A DNA stretch of 64,000 bases. It comes from Octopus sinensis (Eukaryota). The stretch covers positions 44,702,001 through 44,766,000 of the forward strand of contig NC_042997.1 of the NCBI RefSeq assembly GCF_006345805.1, read 5' to 3'. The notes under the pieces are model-generated. The model saw only the letters and a list, made by a program, of their open reading frames with translations, had not been told where the DNA came from and did not search any database. Numbering within the stretch: the stretch's first letter is position 1; each line of letters starts with the position of its first letter. Both the position numbers and the translations under genes were made by a program. Of this stretch, positions 24,390 through 37,759 are shown piece after piece.

Positions 24390-24565
24390 TGGAGGTTAAG
24401 GGTTAATCGATTATATCGTTTCCAAATCTTGACTGCTACTTTAATTTATCGAACCCGTAAAAATGAAAAGTAAAGTTAGCATCGGCGGGATTTGAATTCA
24501 GAACGTAAAAAGCTGGAATAAATATTTCGTGACATTTTCTTGGCACTAACGATTTTGCCAGTCAC
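24390..24565 (-). mobile_element. Degenerate SINE B variant
   Basis: Reverse-strand B head and central domain. Confidence 0.55.
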
Positions 24566-24629
24566 CACTTTCCACTTATGCACACGTGTATGTGTGTGTG
24601 TGTAGATGTGTGTGAGTACGCGCGTGTTT

Positions 24630-24650
24630 TCAGGGAGAGAGAGAAAGGGA

Positions 24651-24713
<63 letters not shown>
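24630..24713. repeat. (GA)n microsatellite
   Basis: Direct inspection. Confidence 0.95.
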
Positions 24714-24717
<4 letters not shown>

Positions 24718-24853
24718 AATAAAACCTACTGGTATTGAAACTTACATTTAGAAAAACAACTATAAAAATTTCATCGACTCCCAATCCCTCTCTGTATTTG
24801 AGATGTTTTTTTCGTAATCTTTCTGTGACGTATTTCATTACTAGATATTCTAG

Positions 24854-25220
24854 ATGGTTCCGGGTTCAGTCCCACTGCGTGGCACCTTGGACAAGTGTCT
24901 TCTGCTATTGTCCCGGGCCGACCAATGCCTTGTGAGTGGATTTGGTAGACGGAAACTGAAAGAAGCCCGTCGTATATATGTATATATATATAAGTGTGTG
25001 TGTATATGTTTGTGTGTCTGTGTTTGTCCCCCTAGCATTGCTTGACAACCGATGCTGGTGTGTTTACGCCCCCGTTACTTAGCGGTTCGGCAAAAGAGAC
25101 CGATAGAATAAGTACTGGGCTTACAAAAGAATAAGTCCCGGGGTCGAGTTGCTCGATTAAAGGCGGTGCTCCAGCATGGCCGCAGTCAAATGACTGAAAC
25201 AAGTAAATGAGTAAAAGAGT
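24854..25220 (+). mobile_element. SINE family A, 5'-truncated
   Basis: Starts at ATGGTTCCGGG and ends in an AAAAGAGT tail. Confidence 0.85.
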
Positions 25221-25480
25221 ATAAGTGTTAAGATGCAAAATTATGCACAAGGGGGTATCGGATAATTTTGTTCATTTAACGTGTTTTGGCTTGCATTTTG
25301 TGATATAAGAAGTTGGTTAAAATTTTTCAAATTTTTTATTAGTTAAATGAAAGAGTTGATATTACGGCCATATAAATATGCGTTACTAACTAAGAGTCGC
25401 AGACATGAGAATATAATACAAATGTGAGTTAGTCTAGGTCAGTGTTTCTTAAAGCATATTTCTGTTTCATTCACTTTACC

Positions 25481-25596
25481 ATCTCTCCTTCTTGATTTCT
25501 TTCCACATACTTGTCCACTTTATCTCTCCTTCTTGATTTCTTTCCACATACTTGTCCACTTTATCTCTCCTTCTTGATTTCTTTCCACAAACTTGT
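25481..25596. repeat. 41-bp minisatellite, ~2.8 copies
   Basis: Unit TTTATCTCTCCTTCTTGATTTCTTTCCACATACTTGTCCAC starts at 25519 and 25560. Confidence 0.9.
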
Positions 25597-25744
25597 AAGA
25601 AACAAGTAGACTTGTTCAAAAAAAGAAGAAAACGAATAAAACAAAAAAAATATTGTTTAATCCATTTAATATTTGTTCTTTTATTTGTTCCAGTCATGTT
25701 AGAGCACCGTCTTAAAGGGGTTTTTAGCTGAACCCCCACCCCAC

Positions 25745-26122
25745 ACTTCAGGACTTACTCTTTGTAAAGCTAGTACTTATTCTACTGCCTTTTTTTTGCC
25801 GAGCCGCTAAGTTATGGGGACGTAAACACATCGACATCGGTTGCCAAGCGATGGTGGCGGGGACAAACACATATTTCTGTGGTATTCAACTGCCGTACCA
25901 GTGAATTGGATGTTTTACACCCCTTTGAAGGAATCCTCTTTTCCTTCGTTAGTCATAATACACACACACACACACATATACACGACGGGCTTCTTTCAGT
26001 TTCCATCTGCCAAATCCACTCACAAGGCTTTGATCGTCCCGAGGATAGAGTAGAAGACCCTTGCCCAAAGGTCTACGCTGTGGAACCTTACCCGGAACCA
26101 TGTGTTTGTGAAGCAAGCTTCT
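25745..26122 (-). mobile_element. Degenerate SINE family A
   Basis: Both halves are recognisable on the minus strand. Confidence 0.65.
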
Positions 26123-26269
26123 TTATTTCATTAAATTGGCCACACCGGCCGTACAAAGATGAGACGAACAAAGCATAAAAGGTGAAGAAGCTGCTTTAAT
26201 TAAAAGTTAATGTCCGAATGAATGATGATAGCAAAAAATGACATAATTATAATGCAATTAAAAATATTC

Positions 26270-26801
26270 GATGACTGGCGTTCGTGCTAGCGGGGCGCAA
26301 AGAGCACCATATGAGTGTGATCGTTGACAGAGCGGCTAACCGGCTTCCGTGCCAGTGGCACATAAAAGGCACCATTCGAGTGTGATCGTTACCAGCGTCG
26401 TCTTACTGGCACTCGAACCCCGTGCTAGTAGGGTGTTAAGAGCACCATCCGAGCGTGATCGTTGCCAGAGCGGCTATCTGGCCTCCGTGCCGGTGGCACG
26501 TAAAACACACCATTCGAGCGTGATCGTTACCAGCATCGCCTTACTGGCACCTCTGCCGGTGGCATGTGTAAAAGATTCGAGCGAGGTCGTTGCCAGTACT
26601 GCCTGACTGGCCCCGTGCCGGTGGCACGTAAAAGCACCCACTACACTCTCGGAGTGGTTGGCGTTAGGAAGGGCATTCAGCTGTAGAAACTTTGCCAGAT
26701 CAAGATTGAAGCTTGGTGCAGCCATCTGGTTCGCCAACCCTCAGTCAAATCGTCCAACCCATGCTAGCATGGAAGGCGGACGTTAAACGATGATGATGAT
26801 G
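26270..26801 (+). mobile_element. Retroposon 3' cassette (family D) with internal tandem units and a (GAT)n tail
   Basis: Repeated GCACCATTCGAGCGTGATCGTT and GTGCCGGTGGCAC modules, then GGCGTTAGGAAGGGCAT..CGTTAAACGATGATGATG. A short-repeat tail of this kind suggests an RTE-type LINE end or an RTE-mobilised SINE. Confidence 0.7.
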
Positions 26802-27239
26802 AATATAATTATTATTGCAATATGCAATAATTCATGGCATCCAGCCATCTGGGTAGAACCTTCACTTGTTACCACTGACCCCCAGCATACACATAGATAT
26901 GAACATATAACAGTTTACAAAGCATTGCTTACCCATGCTTTTCAATTGAACTGAATTAAGCTTTGTAAGTGTTTGACGAAACATGCTTATTGGGAAATTT
27001 GTAAGTTCGAGTAAATTTCTTTTTTTAAGTATCACCATTCTAGGTATTTATAGTCCGGTGGAATTGAGAAATCAACTCGTAAATAAGCGAAACCTTCGAA
27101 TTCATCACTGTGCGTACACACACACACACACACACACAACACACACACACACACACTCACACTCTCACACACACACACACACACACACTCAGAGTCACAT
27201 ATCTATGTATGTATTTTATGTATGTTTGTAAATAATCAA

Positions 27240-27396
27240 ACCAAATGTTCATCATTTCAAGCCACTCACCCAAAGAGTATTTCTGCCAAATTTGGTGAAA
27301 ATCCGTTCAGCCGTTTTCCTGTAATTTTATAAACCCACAGACAAACAGACAAAGATGAGTGATTCCAATACCCTGCTTTCGCTTACGCGCAGGGTA
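27240..27396 (+). mobile_element. Helentron-associated (HINE/DINE-1-like) 3' end
   Basis: CCAAATTTGGTGAAAATCCGTTCAGCCG, an ACAGACAAACAGAC repeat and terminal hairpin TACCCTGC..GCAGGGTA (27369-27396). Confidence 0.5.
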
Positions 27397-27759
27397 GCTA
27401 TGTTATGTATTGTTCTTAAATCGTACACAGGTGGCTAACATTTAGTAACTTGAAGCTCCATTTCCTTCTTCAGGCTAAGAAGCGGTTTTAAGATGGTTCC
27501 AGTTTCAGAATAACAAAACAAGAATATATTCCACAACAGAAACAGCAACAGAAACCATTTATATATTTATAGAGTAGCGTTTATGCCTCCATTATCCTCG
27601 CTGTATCCTTTCCTTATTCATTATACCTGAGTAGAGACATGAAGGAGGTTTGGTTGTTATTTACAGCTCGTCAACTGACCACGTAGAATTGGCATTCTTG
27701 ACCTGTATATTTGGAGGATCTTATATTTAATATTGGTTTCAAATTTTGACACAAGGCCA

Positions 27760-27895
27760 GCAATTTCGAAGGAGAGGGCGTTTTAATTATATCCTCAAAA
27801 GAATAAAAGTCTAAATCGACCTCGTCAGAATTTGAACTCAGAACATAAAGCCGGACGAACTGCGTGCTAATGATTCTGCCAGATTGCCGCCTTTA
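27760..27895 (-). mobile_element. SINE B variant with the alternative tail
   Basis: Reverse head ..GATTGCCGCC and tail GGTTTCAAATTTTGACACAAGGCCAGC. Confidence 0.6.
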
Positions 27896-29214
27896 AAGGT
27901 ATTATAATTTTTATATATAAAGGAATCCACAGTGGCTGACGTGTTTTCGCCGCTCCTGACCTGTCAGCGGCCAAAGACACAGAAGACACAGAATAACAAA
28001 TACAACCCAGCAGGATTACTGATAAACAACTGTAATTACTGGAAGATCTACTACTTTCTGTGAGTAATTTGAATTTCCCTCAAAATAAGTTAAAGAATTC
28101 CAAACCTACAGTTTGGGACAAAAATTTTAGAATCATAAATATCTCCATTTTTTGTGTGAACATTTTGCCGTCACCTCTTCCTTGAGTATCAGATTATGTA
28201 AAATGCCTTTATTGTAACAACACAATTAAATGCACGCTAAAAGTATGACACCACAATTAAATGCACGCTAAAAGTATGGACGTAAACACCAGCTAACCTT
28301 TATCTTCTTCTTGACATACCTTTTATTGCAATCGCATTATTAAACACGTGGAGAATAAGAAGAAAAAAAAGAAAAAGAAAAGAAAAAATACTATTTATAG
28401 TTTCGCTCTGCTCGTACATGACTCTATTCACAAGTACTGTTTATAGTCGGCCCCTCCTTTGATTTTTCTCAAAGTCAAGGTCACTGTTTCACAAGTTCCA
28501 TCAACACTGTTGCGGTCAATTTGAACTCTATTTGACCGACCGTTCTTCATCTCACTTTATGAGCTATTACTACTGCTGCTATCAGAATTTACTGCAGTTA
28601 CTACTATCGCTACAATTAGAAACATTCAAGTTGACGATGACACCGAAATGTCTTTCCCCGTGTCTGAATTATACCGGTGGCACCAACGAAAAATTCCTTT
28701 CTTTCTCTGTGCTGGGAGAAAAGAGAATTTACTATAAAAACAAACCCCCAGCCCTCCCTCCAACGTATAATTTACTTTAAAAAGAAATACTTTAAAAGGG
28801 AAAAACCTGAGAAAAAAAAGAAAAATTAATAATCTAATTTAACGATAGACAAAAACATGTGCCTTCTCGCACATAAACACAGTATTCACACATGCGCAGA
28901 TGCAATTATTGAAGTACTAAATGGCACGTCAAATGATATTTAATCGTGTGGAACATGTTACATGCATATCAATATTCTAAAGTTTGGACATACTATCCCT
29001 TATCCTAAAGCTGCTTCAGACAATTAGGAAGGGTTCCCGACTCGTTGCACCGTCTGCTTTCAATCTTGGATTGTGATTCGGCTCAGCCCAAACTCTCTCA
29101 GATTTTGTCTGCTGTTGCCTACTCCTACAAGGATTGCACCTGTTTTTTTGTTCCTGATTTAACCCCGATTTGTCCTAGAGCCCATAGAAGATTGTTTTTA
29201 GTCAACCATCCATC

Positions 29215-30673
29215 ATGTCAGCTACCTACGCATCGAAACTGAGATCTGCAAGTAGGGCTTCTCATCAAGATGATGGTCCTACCAATAGTCATCTCAACGA
29301 GCAGTTGCTGTTGCTCAAACAAGAGGTTGAGCACCTAAAGTCTGTTGTTGCTCTCTTACTGAATAAACAGTCTCCTGTTGACGCAGAGTCACCCTTGATT
29401 TCTTCCCTGGAGACGTCCAAACCGAAGGGAACAAAATCGAAGCGGCCAAAGAAGGCGAAGGAACCGGCGGTCGTTTCTGCACATGATCGTTCCCGTGCGG
29501 ATTCTTCCTCATCTGCCTTTTCGGTCCCGGAGGTTCCCCAACCTAATTTGAGGAGCGTAGACTCAAACCCACCTGAAGACCGTTGTTCTCCCCAAAAGAG
29601 GAAACGTCGTCAAAACTCCAGTGGGGCGGATTTAGCTATGAAACCTGACCACGATAAACGGTCTCCTGTTGACGCAGTCACCCTTGATTTCTTCCCTGGA
29701 GACGTCCAAACCGAAGGGAACAAAATCGAAGCGGCCAAAGAAGGCGAAGGAACCGGCGGTCGTTCCTGCACATGATCGTTCCTGTGCGGATTCTTCCTCA
29801 TCTGCCTTTTCGGTCCCAGAGGTTCCCCAACCTAGTTTGAGGAGCGTAGACTCAAACCCACCTGAAGACCGTTGTTCTCCCCAAAAGAAGAAACGTAGTC
29901 AAAACTCCAGAGGGGCAGATTTGGCTATGAAACCTGATCACGATAAAATCTGTTTGGATTCTCCTTCACTTGTCCTTCACATTAATGCCATTGCTCAACC
30001 AATTCTGAACGATCTCGATGTGAGTTCATCTGGGGAGTGGTGCTCCCCCAAACCGAAGAAGAGGCAGTGCAGTTCCAAACCAGGCGGGAAAATTATGACC
30101 ACTAAATCCATTCCGATCGACCCCACAGGCCGACATAAGTCCGATGGCTATGAAACCACCTTTTCGAAATCCTCCAATGAAGAATCGAATACCGCAGCTC
30201 ATAGTAGAGAACTTTTTGCCCACTCAAGATCAGCAATAATATATGGCAAAGCTGAATCCACCTGTGATACAGGCATGAACCGCCTAAAAGATGACATTAA
30301 TTTTGTTTCCATTTTGGTTGGAGAATTGTTCTCTGTGAACGAAAATGTCAGTGTTCTTAAGGTCGCTCGGCTAGGAAGATTCCAAGCGAACCCAACCGCA
30401 GATACTAGACCACGCCCAATAAGGGTAATCTTTTCTTCTGATCGGGAGGCTTCAGTCTTTCTGAACAGAGCTCAGACGCATGCCTGGGAGGACCCCAATA
30501 TGGGTTTTCGCGAGGAATACTCAATAAGAGAGAGAATTCGCCGGAGGAACCTGATATCCGAACTAAAGATGAGGAAACAAATGGGATAGAAGGGTTTACG
30601 AATCCAAGATGGACAGATAATCAAGTCCTACCTCTGGTCCCATGCTGTAGTGCTGACAGGGAAAGTGATGTGA
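29215..30673 (+). CDS. LINE ORF1 (coiled coil, S/K-rich duplicated region, RRM-like domain), disrupted
   Basis: LLLLKQEVEHLK coiled coil; IIYGKAES..VARLGRF..RPRPIRVIF RRM-like motifs; frameshift near 29677 and an in-frame TAG at 30587. Confidence 0.8.
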
Positions 30674-30685
30674 GGGCAAATCGAA

Positions 30686-33558
30686 GTGAAGTTGATACCC
30701 CCCGTCAACGATGCTATCTCTGATGCCCTTTATTCTGCTTGTTCCCCAACTCCCGCCCCTCAGACTTCACAGCTCAGCATCGTCTACACCAACTCGTGCT
30801 CCTTATTCCCAAAGTTCAGTGAACTATTTACACTGGCCATACGTGACTCCCCTGATGTGATAGCTATCACCGAGACTTGGCTGACTCCAGCAGTAAAGGA
30901 CTCAGAAATCCACCTGCAGGGCTACGTCCTTTTCAGATGTGACAGAGGAAAAAGGCGAAGTGGAAGTGTTGTTGTGTATGTTAAGTCTGAGCACAAACCG
31001 TCCTGCGGTATTCTACCCACAAATGCTCAACCTACAACAAAATTCGATGCCGTCTATTGCAAGCTGAGCCTATCTGAGTTTTGCCTGCCCGTGTTGGCTG
31101 TCTACAGGCCGCCTCTAGCCAACCCCCAGGACGATGCTCATCTACTCGAAGCGATAAGATTCGTTTCAGCTTCGCATGACTGCTTGGTACTAGGCGACTT
31201 CAACGCTCCCACGATCGATTGGCCCGCATCAATTTGTACAACATCTTCCCGGTTCGGCCAGGCCCTTCTTGACGTGGCTGAAGATTGTTTTCTATCGCAA
31301 CATGTTGAATATCCGACAAGGCATCGGTTTGGGCAGCAGCCATCTATGCTAGATCTGGTATTCTCCCGCTATCCAAGATCAGTGTCAGACGTATCTGTGT
31401 GCGCCCCTCTTGCCAAGAGTGATCATGCGGTCCTGAAGTTCGTCATGCACACACTTTTTCTACACCCACGATTACTTCGCTGCCACGTAGAGTCTTCTCT
31501 GCAATTAATCTTGAAATTCTAACTGAGGCTTCCGCGCTTCTGGACTGGCGATCCCTGATGACGTTGTCCTCAGTTGACGAACTATGGTCATCCCTCAAAG
31601 CATATGTAATCTGTTTGACTGACCAGGCAGTTCCCGTTGGGCTTTCCAAGAGGAAGAAACACAAGCCCTGGGTGACGAAGAAGGTTAAACGAGAACGTCG
31701 ACTCAGAGATATTGCTTGGGCTGAATTCAAAAATCTGGATTCGACTGCAGCTTTTGAGGTGTACAAAACTCAACGAGACCGAGCCGTGAAAATTGGAAAG
31801 AAAGAACGCTTCAGTTATGAATACAAAATCGCGGCAAATGCCAGTAGCAATCCAAAAACCTTCTTTGCCCATGTCCAGCGGAATTCCCGCTTGAACAACC
31901 AGATTGCAACGTTGGTAGACTCAACAGGCGTATCGATTGAGGACCCTTATCAACAGAGTCAATTATTTGCCGAGGCTTTTTCAACTATTTTCAAACAAGA
32001 TGATGGTCGTGAACCCCCTCCATTTGATAGATCGGTACCTCCAATGCTTCGATTGGTCATCACGCGGGACGAAGTCAAACGTGTTATTCAAGGCCTCGAT
32101 GTCAACAAGGGTCACGGCCCTGACGGCATACACCCACGGGTTATCAAAGCGTTGGCTCCGGTCATCTGCGAGCCCTTAACACGACTATTCAATATGTCAT
32201 TGGCGACGGGTGTTATACCTGCAGACTGGAGAACAGCGATAATCTGCCCAATTTTCAAGAAAGGGAGCCGCGAAGACCCGCTTAACTACCGACCGGTTTC
32301 CCTTACATCAATAATCAGCAAGATGTTCGAAACCATCCTTAAGAAAAGTATGATGCTCCACCTCCTAAACACAGCCTCGATCACTGATTCCCAACACGGC
32401 TTCGTGCCGAAGAGATCATGCTTGACCAACTTACTAGTAATGGAAGAATTGGTGACGCGCATCCTCGATGATAGTGATGCTGTTGACATCGTTTTATTGG
32501 ACTTTGCCAAAGCTTTTGATTCGGTAAACCACCGCCTACTACTTGTCAAGCTTCAAGCATATAGTTTCCATCTGGATATTGTACGATGGGTTGGTGCCTT
32601 CCTCTCAGATCGCTCCTTCCAAGTTCAAGTTAATGGTTCGCGGTCCGACGTCTCCAGTGCGAGCAGTGGCGTGCCTCAAGGTTCAGTGCTTGGGCCCTTG
32701 TTGTTCTTAGTCTTCATAAATGACTTGCCCGACGACCTCACGCAACACACCCTTCTATTTGCCGACGATATCAAACTGGTCGCTCCTCGCGGTAGTATAG
32801 AGGATCTTCGTCGATGCCTCCACCAAATTTGGAAGTGGTCTAACGATTGGGACCTGTGTCTGAACGTGTCAAACTACTGTCATCTGCCTGTCGGCTCTAC
32901 TCCTGCAACTCAGCTTGATTTCGAGCCGGGTCGTCTGCTGCTGGAGAGGACCGATCAGGTAAAGGACCTGGGTATCTTGGTGGATTCCTCCTTTTCGCCT
33001 TCGGCCCAGTGCGTCCATGCTGCCAACAAAGCGCGCGGAATTCTGTTTTTGATTCGACGGTCATTCGGAATGCTCACAGCAGCCATATTCCTACCACTCT
33101 ATGTCACGCTGGTGAGACCCATATTGGAGTATGGGATTCAAGCCTCTTCTCCTTATCTCCTCAAAGACATACAGCATCTCGAAAGAGTCCAGAGGCTGGC
33201 TACCCGCATGGTTCATGGTCTCAAAAATTTGTCCTACGAAGAAAGGCTGAGGACGCTCGACCTTTATTCTCTTGAAAAACGCCGCCGCCGTGGTGATCTC
33301 ATTCTCGCCCACAACATCATAAGCGGGAAGTGTAACCTCTCGAAAGAGCTGTTCTTCACTCCTGCTCCGGAGCGTCGGCTGCGGGGTCATTCCGAAAAGT
33401 TCTACCTGCGACGATTTCATCTCAATCGAAGGAGAGGAGCTTTCTCCGTCCGGGTTGCGGATCTGTGGAACAAGCTGCCAGACGAGATAGTGAAGATGCC
33501 GACGACCGCTTTGTTCAAAGCCTCCCTGGACCTCAAGTGGCCTGAACTCTTTACATGA
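30686..33558 (+). CDS. LINE ORF2 (APE endonuclease and reverse transcriptase), one frameshift near 31465
   Basis: VYTNSCSL, ITETWL, YRPP, GDFNAP, LDLVF, SDH (endonuclease); NYRPVSLTS, LDFAKAFD, GVPQGSVLGP, FADD, RRRGDLI, LRGH (RT and C-terminus). Confidence 0.92.
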
Positions 33559-33856
33559 ACACCACCCTGTACTTAACTCCATGTCCCCCTACATGGCCTT
33601 GCTATTTGCTTTTGAGCCAAATTAACTAACTAACTTTCCAAAGACAATTCATTGATTTCCAAATTATCTATATACCTAGAGTTCAAACTTCCGTATGTTT
33701 TATTGTCATACAACAGTTTATTTCTTCAATCACATTCAGCACTATACTTCAATGGCTTGTCCATTTATCAATGAAAAAGTCGAGATCTCTATTGTTGGGC
33801 TATTTTGTCTCTGACAGGCTTTCCTCTGTGGCACCTACAACAGTATAATAATAATA

Positions 33857-36800
33857 ATGATAATAATAACACAGGAGCTGGACGTACCCCACAACCGGAA
33901 TATTCCAACAGACGGCCATCCATGCTCGTCACCAAATAATCAAAAGAAAAAGAAGGAAAAATGGTCTAGGGAAGATAATAAAGAAGTTCTTGCGGCCTTC
34001 TACCATGCCATATATTTCCCCACAGATAAGTCTAGCACTGTACAAACATACAAAAACTGGAGACAGAAACACCCTGAAGCAAGACCCTACATAGACAGTA
34101 ACAAGCTTGCCAATGTTAGAAGAAACATTATAAAAAAGAAATTACTGACTGAAGTAGAGATTGATCAAGTTAGACAAGCAATATCGGATAAAATGAACGA
34201 AGCTGCAGCTAGAGAAGATAATACAGAGGAAATGATTATAGACCAGCCCAGGGCGGATAAAAACGAAGTAAGGATTGAAAGAGTTAGTATAAGTGATAGG
34301 CAAAGTGAAATACTCCCTGAACCAATCATAAACACTAAGACAGATGAACATCAAATAGATAAAGAATGTCACACAAATATTAACCCAACAGAACTACATG
34401 AGCTAAAAAATCAAATCATGATTGAATGGGTGAAAATTAAAGAAACCAGTATGGATGAACGCGATACACTCCCTAAAATCCGCAACTCTAACCAAAACAT
34501 GAAAATAATTGGTAAAACCCGGCTTGCACTTAAGGATATAATTTCAGCTAATGATGTTGATATCACAAACCTCAACCACCTATACTATGCATCCGCGAAA
34601 ATCTCAACGATCCTATGTGGTGTGAAGATTAGAAAACGGCAACATTCCCACAAAAAGCCTTCTTGGCAAGAGCGTTTGCAACAACAAATTAAACTATTTA
34701 GATCTGACATTGAATATTTGAAAAACCTTAAGGTTCATAAGAGTACCAAACCTACAAAAACCCCCAAATTAATGAAAAAATATAATATGAAAACTATACT
34801 TGATATTGATGCCACCATAGAAACCATCAAGCAAAAGGTATCTGCTAAAGCTGCCTGCATAGCGAGGTATGAAAAGCGTGTTAGATTTTTTAAGGACAAC
34901 AACATGTTCAAAAATAACCCCAAAAATTTTTACAGGAAGATAGGAAAAACAGCAGTTACTGTAAGGTCTGTACCATCAAAAGAAGAAGTGCAGGGATTTT
35001 GGAATAAAATTTGGGCAGAAGAAAAGGCCCCCTGGATTGATAGAATATCTAAAGAATTGGACTCCTTAGAATAGCAAAAGTGGGAAGGTGTCACGGTAGA
35101 AGATATAAGATCTGCTCTCAAGAGGTCAAGCAAATGGAAGTCTCCAGGAAAGGATAAAATTCCTAACTTCTGGTTGAATGCCTTCCCAGAGAGCCATGAA
35201 CTGCTAACAGAATTTTACAATGATGTTTTGCAACACCCTAGTAGGATGCCTCCTTGGCTAGTTAATGGGTTAACATTTCTGCTTCCAAAAAGTGAAGAAA
35301 CAAACGAACCAAAAAACTATAGACCCATAACAGCTATGTATAAAACGCTAACATCTGTCCTGACGGAATATACTTATAGTTTTTTAACAGACAGCAGCAT
35401 ATTCCCTAATGAACAGAAAGGATGTAAACGTGGATCCTACGGTTGTAAAGATCAACTACTCATCAATAAGATGATCTTAGAAGATTGTCACAAACGACAC
35501 AAAAACTTATCAATAGCCTGGATAGACTATAAAAAGGCTTTTGATAGCATACCACATAGCTGGATTAAGAAATGCCTGGAAATGTATAAGATAGCACCTA
35601 CTATGCGAAACTTTTTGACTGTAAGTATGAGATCATGGAGAACCACACTAACTTTGAACAGTGACAATGAATCTCTAAATGCTGGTGATGTAAAAATTTC
35701 ATGTGGCATTTTCCAGGGTGACTCACTATCACCACTCCTCTTTTGTTTAGCCTTAATACCTCTCTCAAAACTGATCAATGACGCGCAGTACGGATATAAA
35801 ATGTTTGATAAAAATATAAATCATCTCATTTACATGGATGATTTAAAGCTTTTTGCAAAAAAATGACCAACGACTCAAGGGCTTACTAGCGATAGTGAAA
35901 CAATTCAGTGATGACATCAGAATGCAATTTGGCCTCGATAAATGTGCAAAAGCTACCTTTATCAAAGGAAAAATGACAGAAACATCTAACGTTAACCTTG
36001 ACCAGCAGAATGTCATAAAAGAATTAGACCCAGCGGAGAACTACAAGTACCTAGGGGTAATTAAAGGGGACGGAATAAGGCATTCAGAGATGAAGGAAAG
36101 GATCAAGAGAGAATATTATCGAAGAGTGAGAGCAATACTCAAGACAGAGCTGAATGCGAGAAACAGGATCGAAGCGATCAATGCATTAGCCATACCAGTC
36201 GTGACTTACAGTTTCAATATCGTTAATGGTCAATTACTGAAATATGTCAGCTTGACAGAAAAATACGAAAACTGTTGACAATGCATAGAATGCACCACCC
36301 TAACAGATACAGAACGACTTTATCTGCCAAGAAAAGAGGGAGGCCATGGTCTTTTATAACTGGCAATAATAATGAAGATTGCTATAATTGGCCTAGACAC
36401 CTACCTGAAAAACTCTGAGGACTGGATGTTAAAACTTGTCTCAAAACATGAAAACAAGAAAGCATCATACTCAGTAACAAAACAGGCAAAGGAATATCTA
36501 AGTGAATTCCGAATACAACAAATTTCGGAATTAGAGATAGACATACAAGAAACAGGCACAGACAAAGCTAAGCGCATGAAAACCCGTGCTAAAACTACTG
36601 CCTTAGATATTCTGAATGATAAATGGCAAAAAAAACCTCTCTATGGCAAATACCCAAAGAGAGCAAATAATGCAGATGTTGACAAAGCCCTGACCCATCA
36701 ATGGCTAATGGCCTCTGGCTTAAAATCTGAAACAGAGGGGTTTATCATAGCAGCTCAAGATCAATGCCTACCAACAAGAAACTACCAGGCCAGCATATTA

Positions 36801-37715
36801 AAGATTAGAAGCAGTCCAACGTGTCGTGTCTGCCAGCAACAAAATGAAACCATTGACCATGTGGTCTCCAAGTGCAGTCTTCTAGCGCCTACAGAGTATC
36901 TCAACAGACACGATAGAGCTGCACAATATATTCACTGGGTAATCTGCAAAAACCTGGATTGCCCCATGAAAAAAACTGGTGGGAACACAAACCACCTCCA
37001 GTACTTGAAAATGACCACATCTCACTCCTCTGGAACTTCACCATTCAAACTGACAGAAAGATAGATGCAAATAGGCCAGACATCATATTGAAAGACTTCA
37101 GACAAAGAACATGCCTCCTCATTGATATGACTGTCCCAATCGATATAAACGTATCTGTCAAGACCTACCAAAAACTGAGCAAATATAAAGATCTTGAAAT
37201 AGAAATCAGCAAAATGTGGAACCTGAAGACTAAAACAATACCTGTTGTCATAGGTGCCCTGGGAATGATAGCGAAAGGGGCTGATTGCTACCTAACTCAG
37301 ATACCAGGAAACCCCAAAATGGCAGAAATTCAAAAGATAGTGCTCATGGAAACTGCTCATATCCTACGCAAAATACTCTCTATGTAATCCCAAGGTTTAA
37401 AACAAACAATTTTTAAAAAAAATATTTATTAGACATTCACTAGTACACTCCCCCCCCCCAATATATGGCACACTAGGCATAACAACAACGTGAACTTCCA
37501 ACCTGTTGTCACTCTCTATGTAATCCCAAGGTTTAAAACAAACTTTTTAATTTTTTTTATTTATTTTTTTTTATGTATTAGACATTTACTAGTACAACAC
37601 CAAAAAAAAAAAAAACCCAAATATATGGCACAGAACTTCCAACCTGTTGTCTCTTGAGGTCTCTGGGTGAGACTTGGAGCCAACTTGTACAGACATAAAG
37701 CAAAAGTCAAACATA

Positions 37716-37756
<41 letters not shown>

Positions 37757-37757
37757 T
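33857..37757 (+). mobile_element. R4/Dong-clade non-LTR retrotransposon (RT and restriction-like endonuclease), pseudogenised
   Basis: N-terminal KWSREDNKEV; RT motifs EQKGC, WIDYKKAFDSIPH, GIFQGDSLSP, YMDDLKL; CRVC..ETIDHVVSKC zinc knuckle, RHD, RPDI, IDMTVP, K..KY (RLE); flanked by (TAA)n at 33845-33869 and 37716-37757; one stop and about four frameshifts. Confidence 0.9.
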
Positions 37758-37759
37758 TG

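Larger units (their letters stand above)
29020..33635 (+). mobile_element. Near-full-length CR1/L2-clade LINE
   Basis: ORF1, APE endonuclease and RT in order, with a (TAAC)n tail at ~33623-33635; 5' end approximate, no TSD identified. Confidence 0.9.

Noticed and set aside
31443-33582. Antisense ORFs over the LINE ORF2, and similar ORFs over the Gypsy and R4 elements
   Set aside because: They are shadow ORFs opposite genuine transposon coding sequence.
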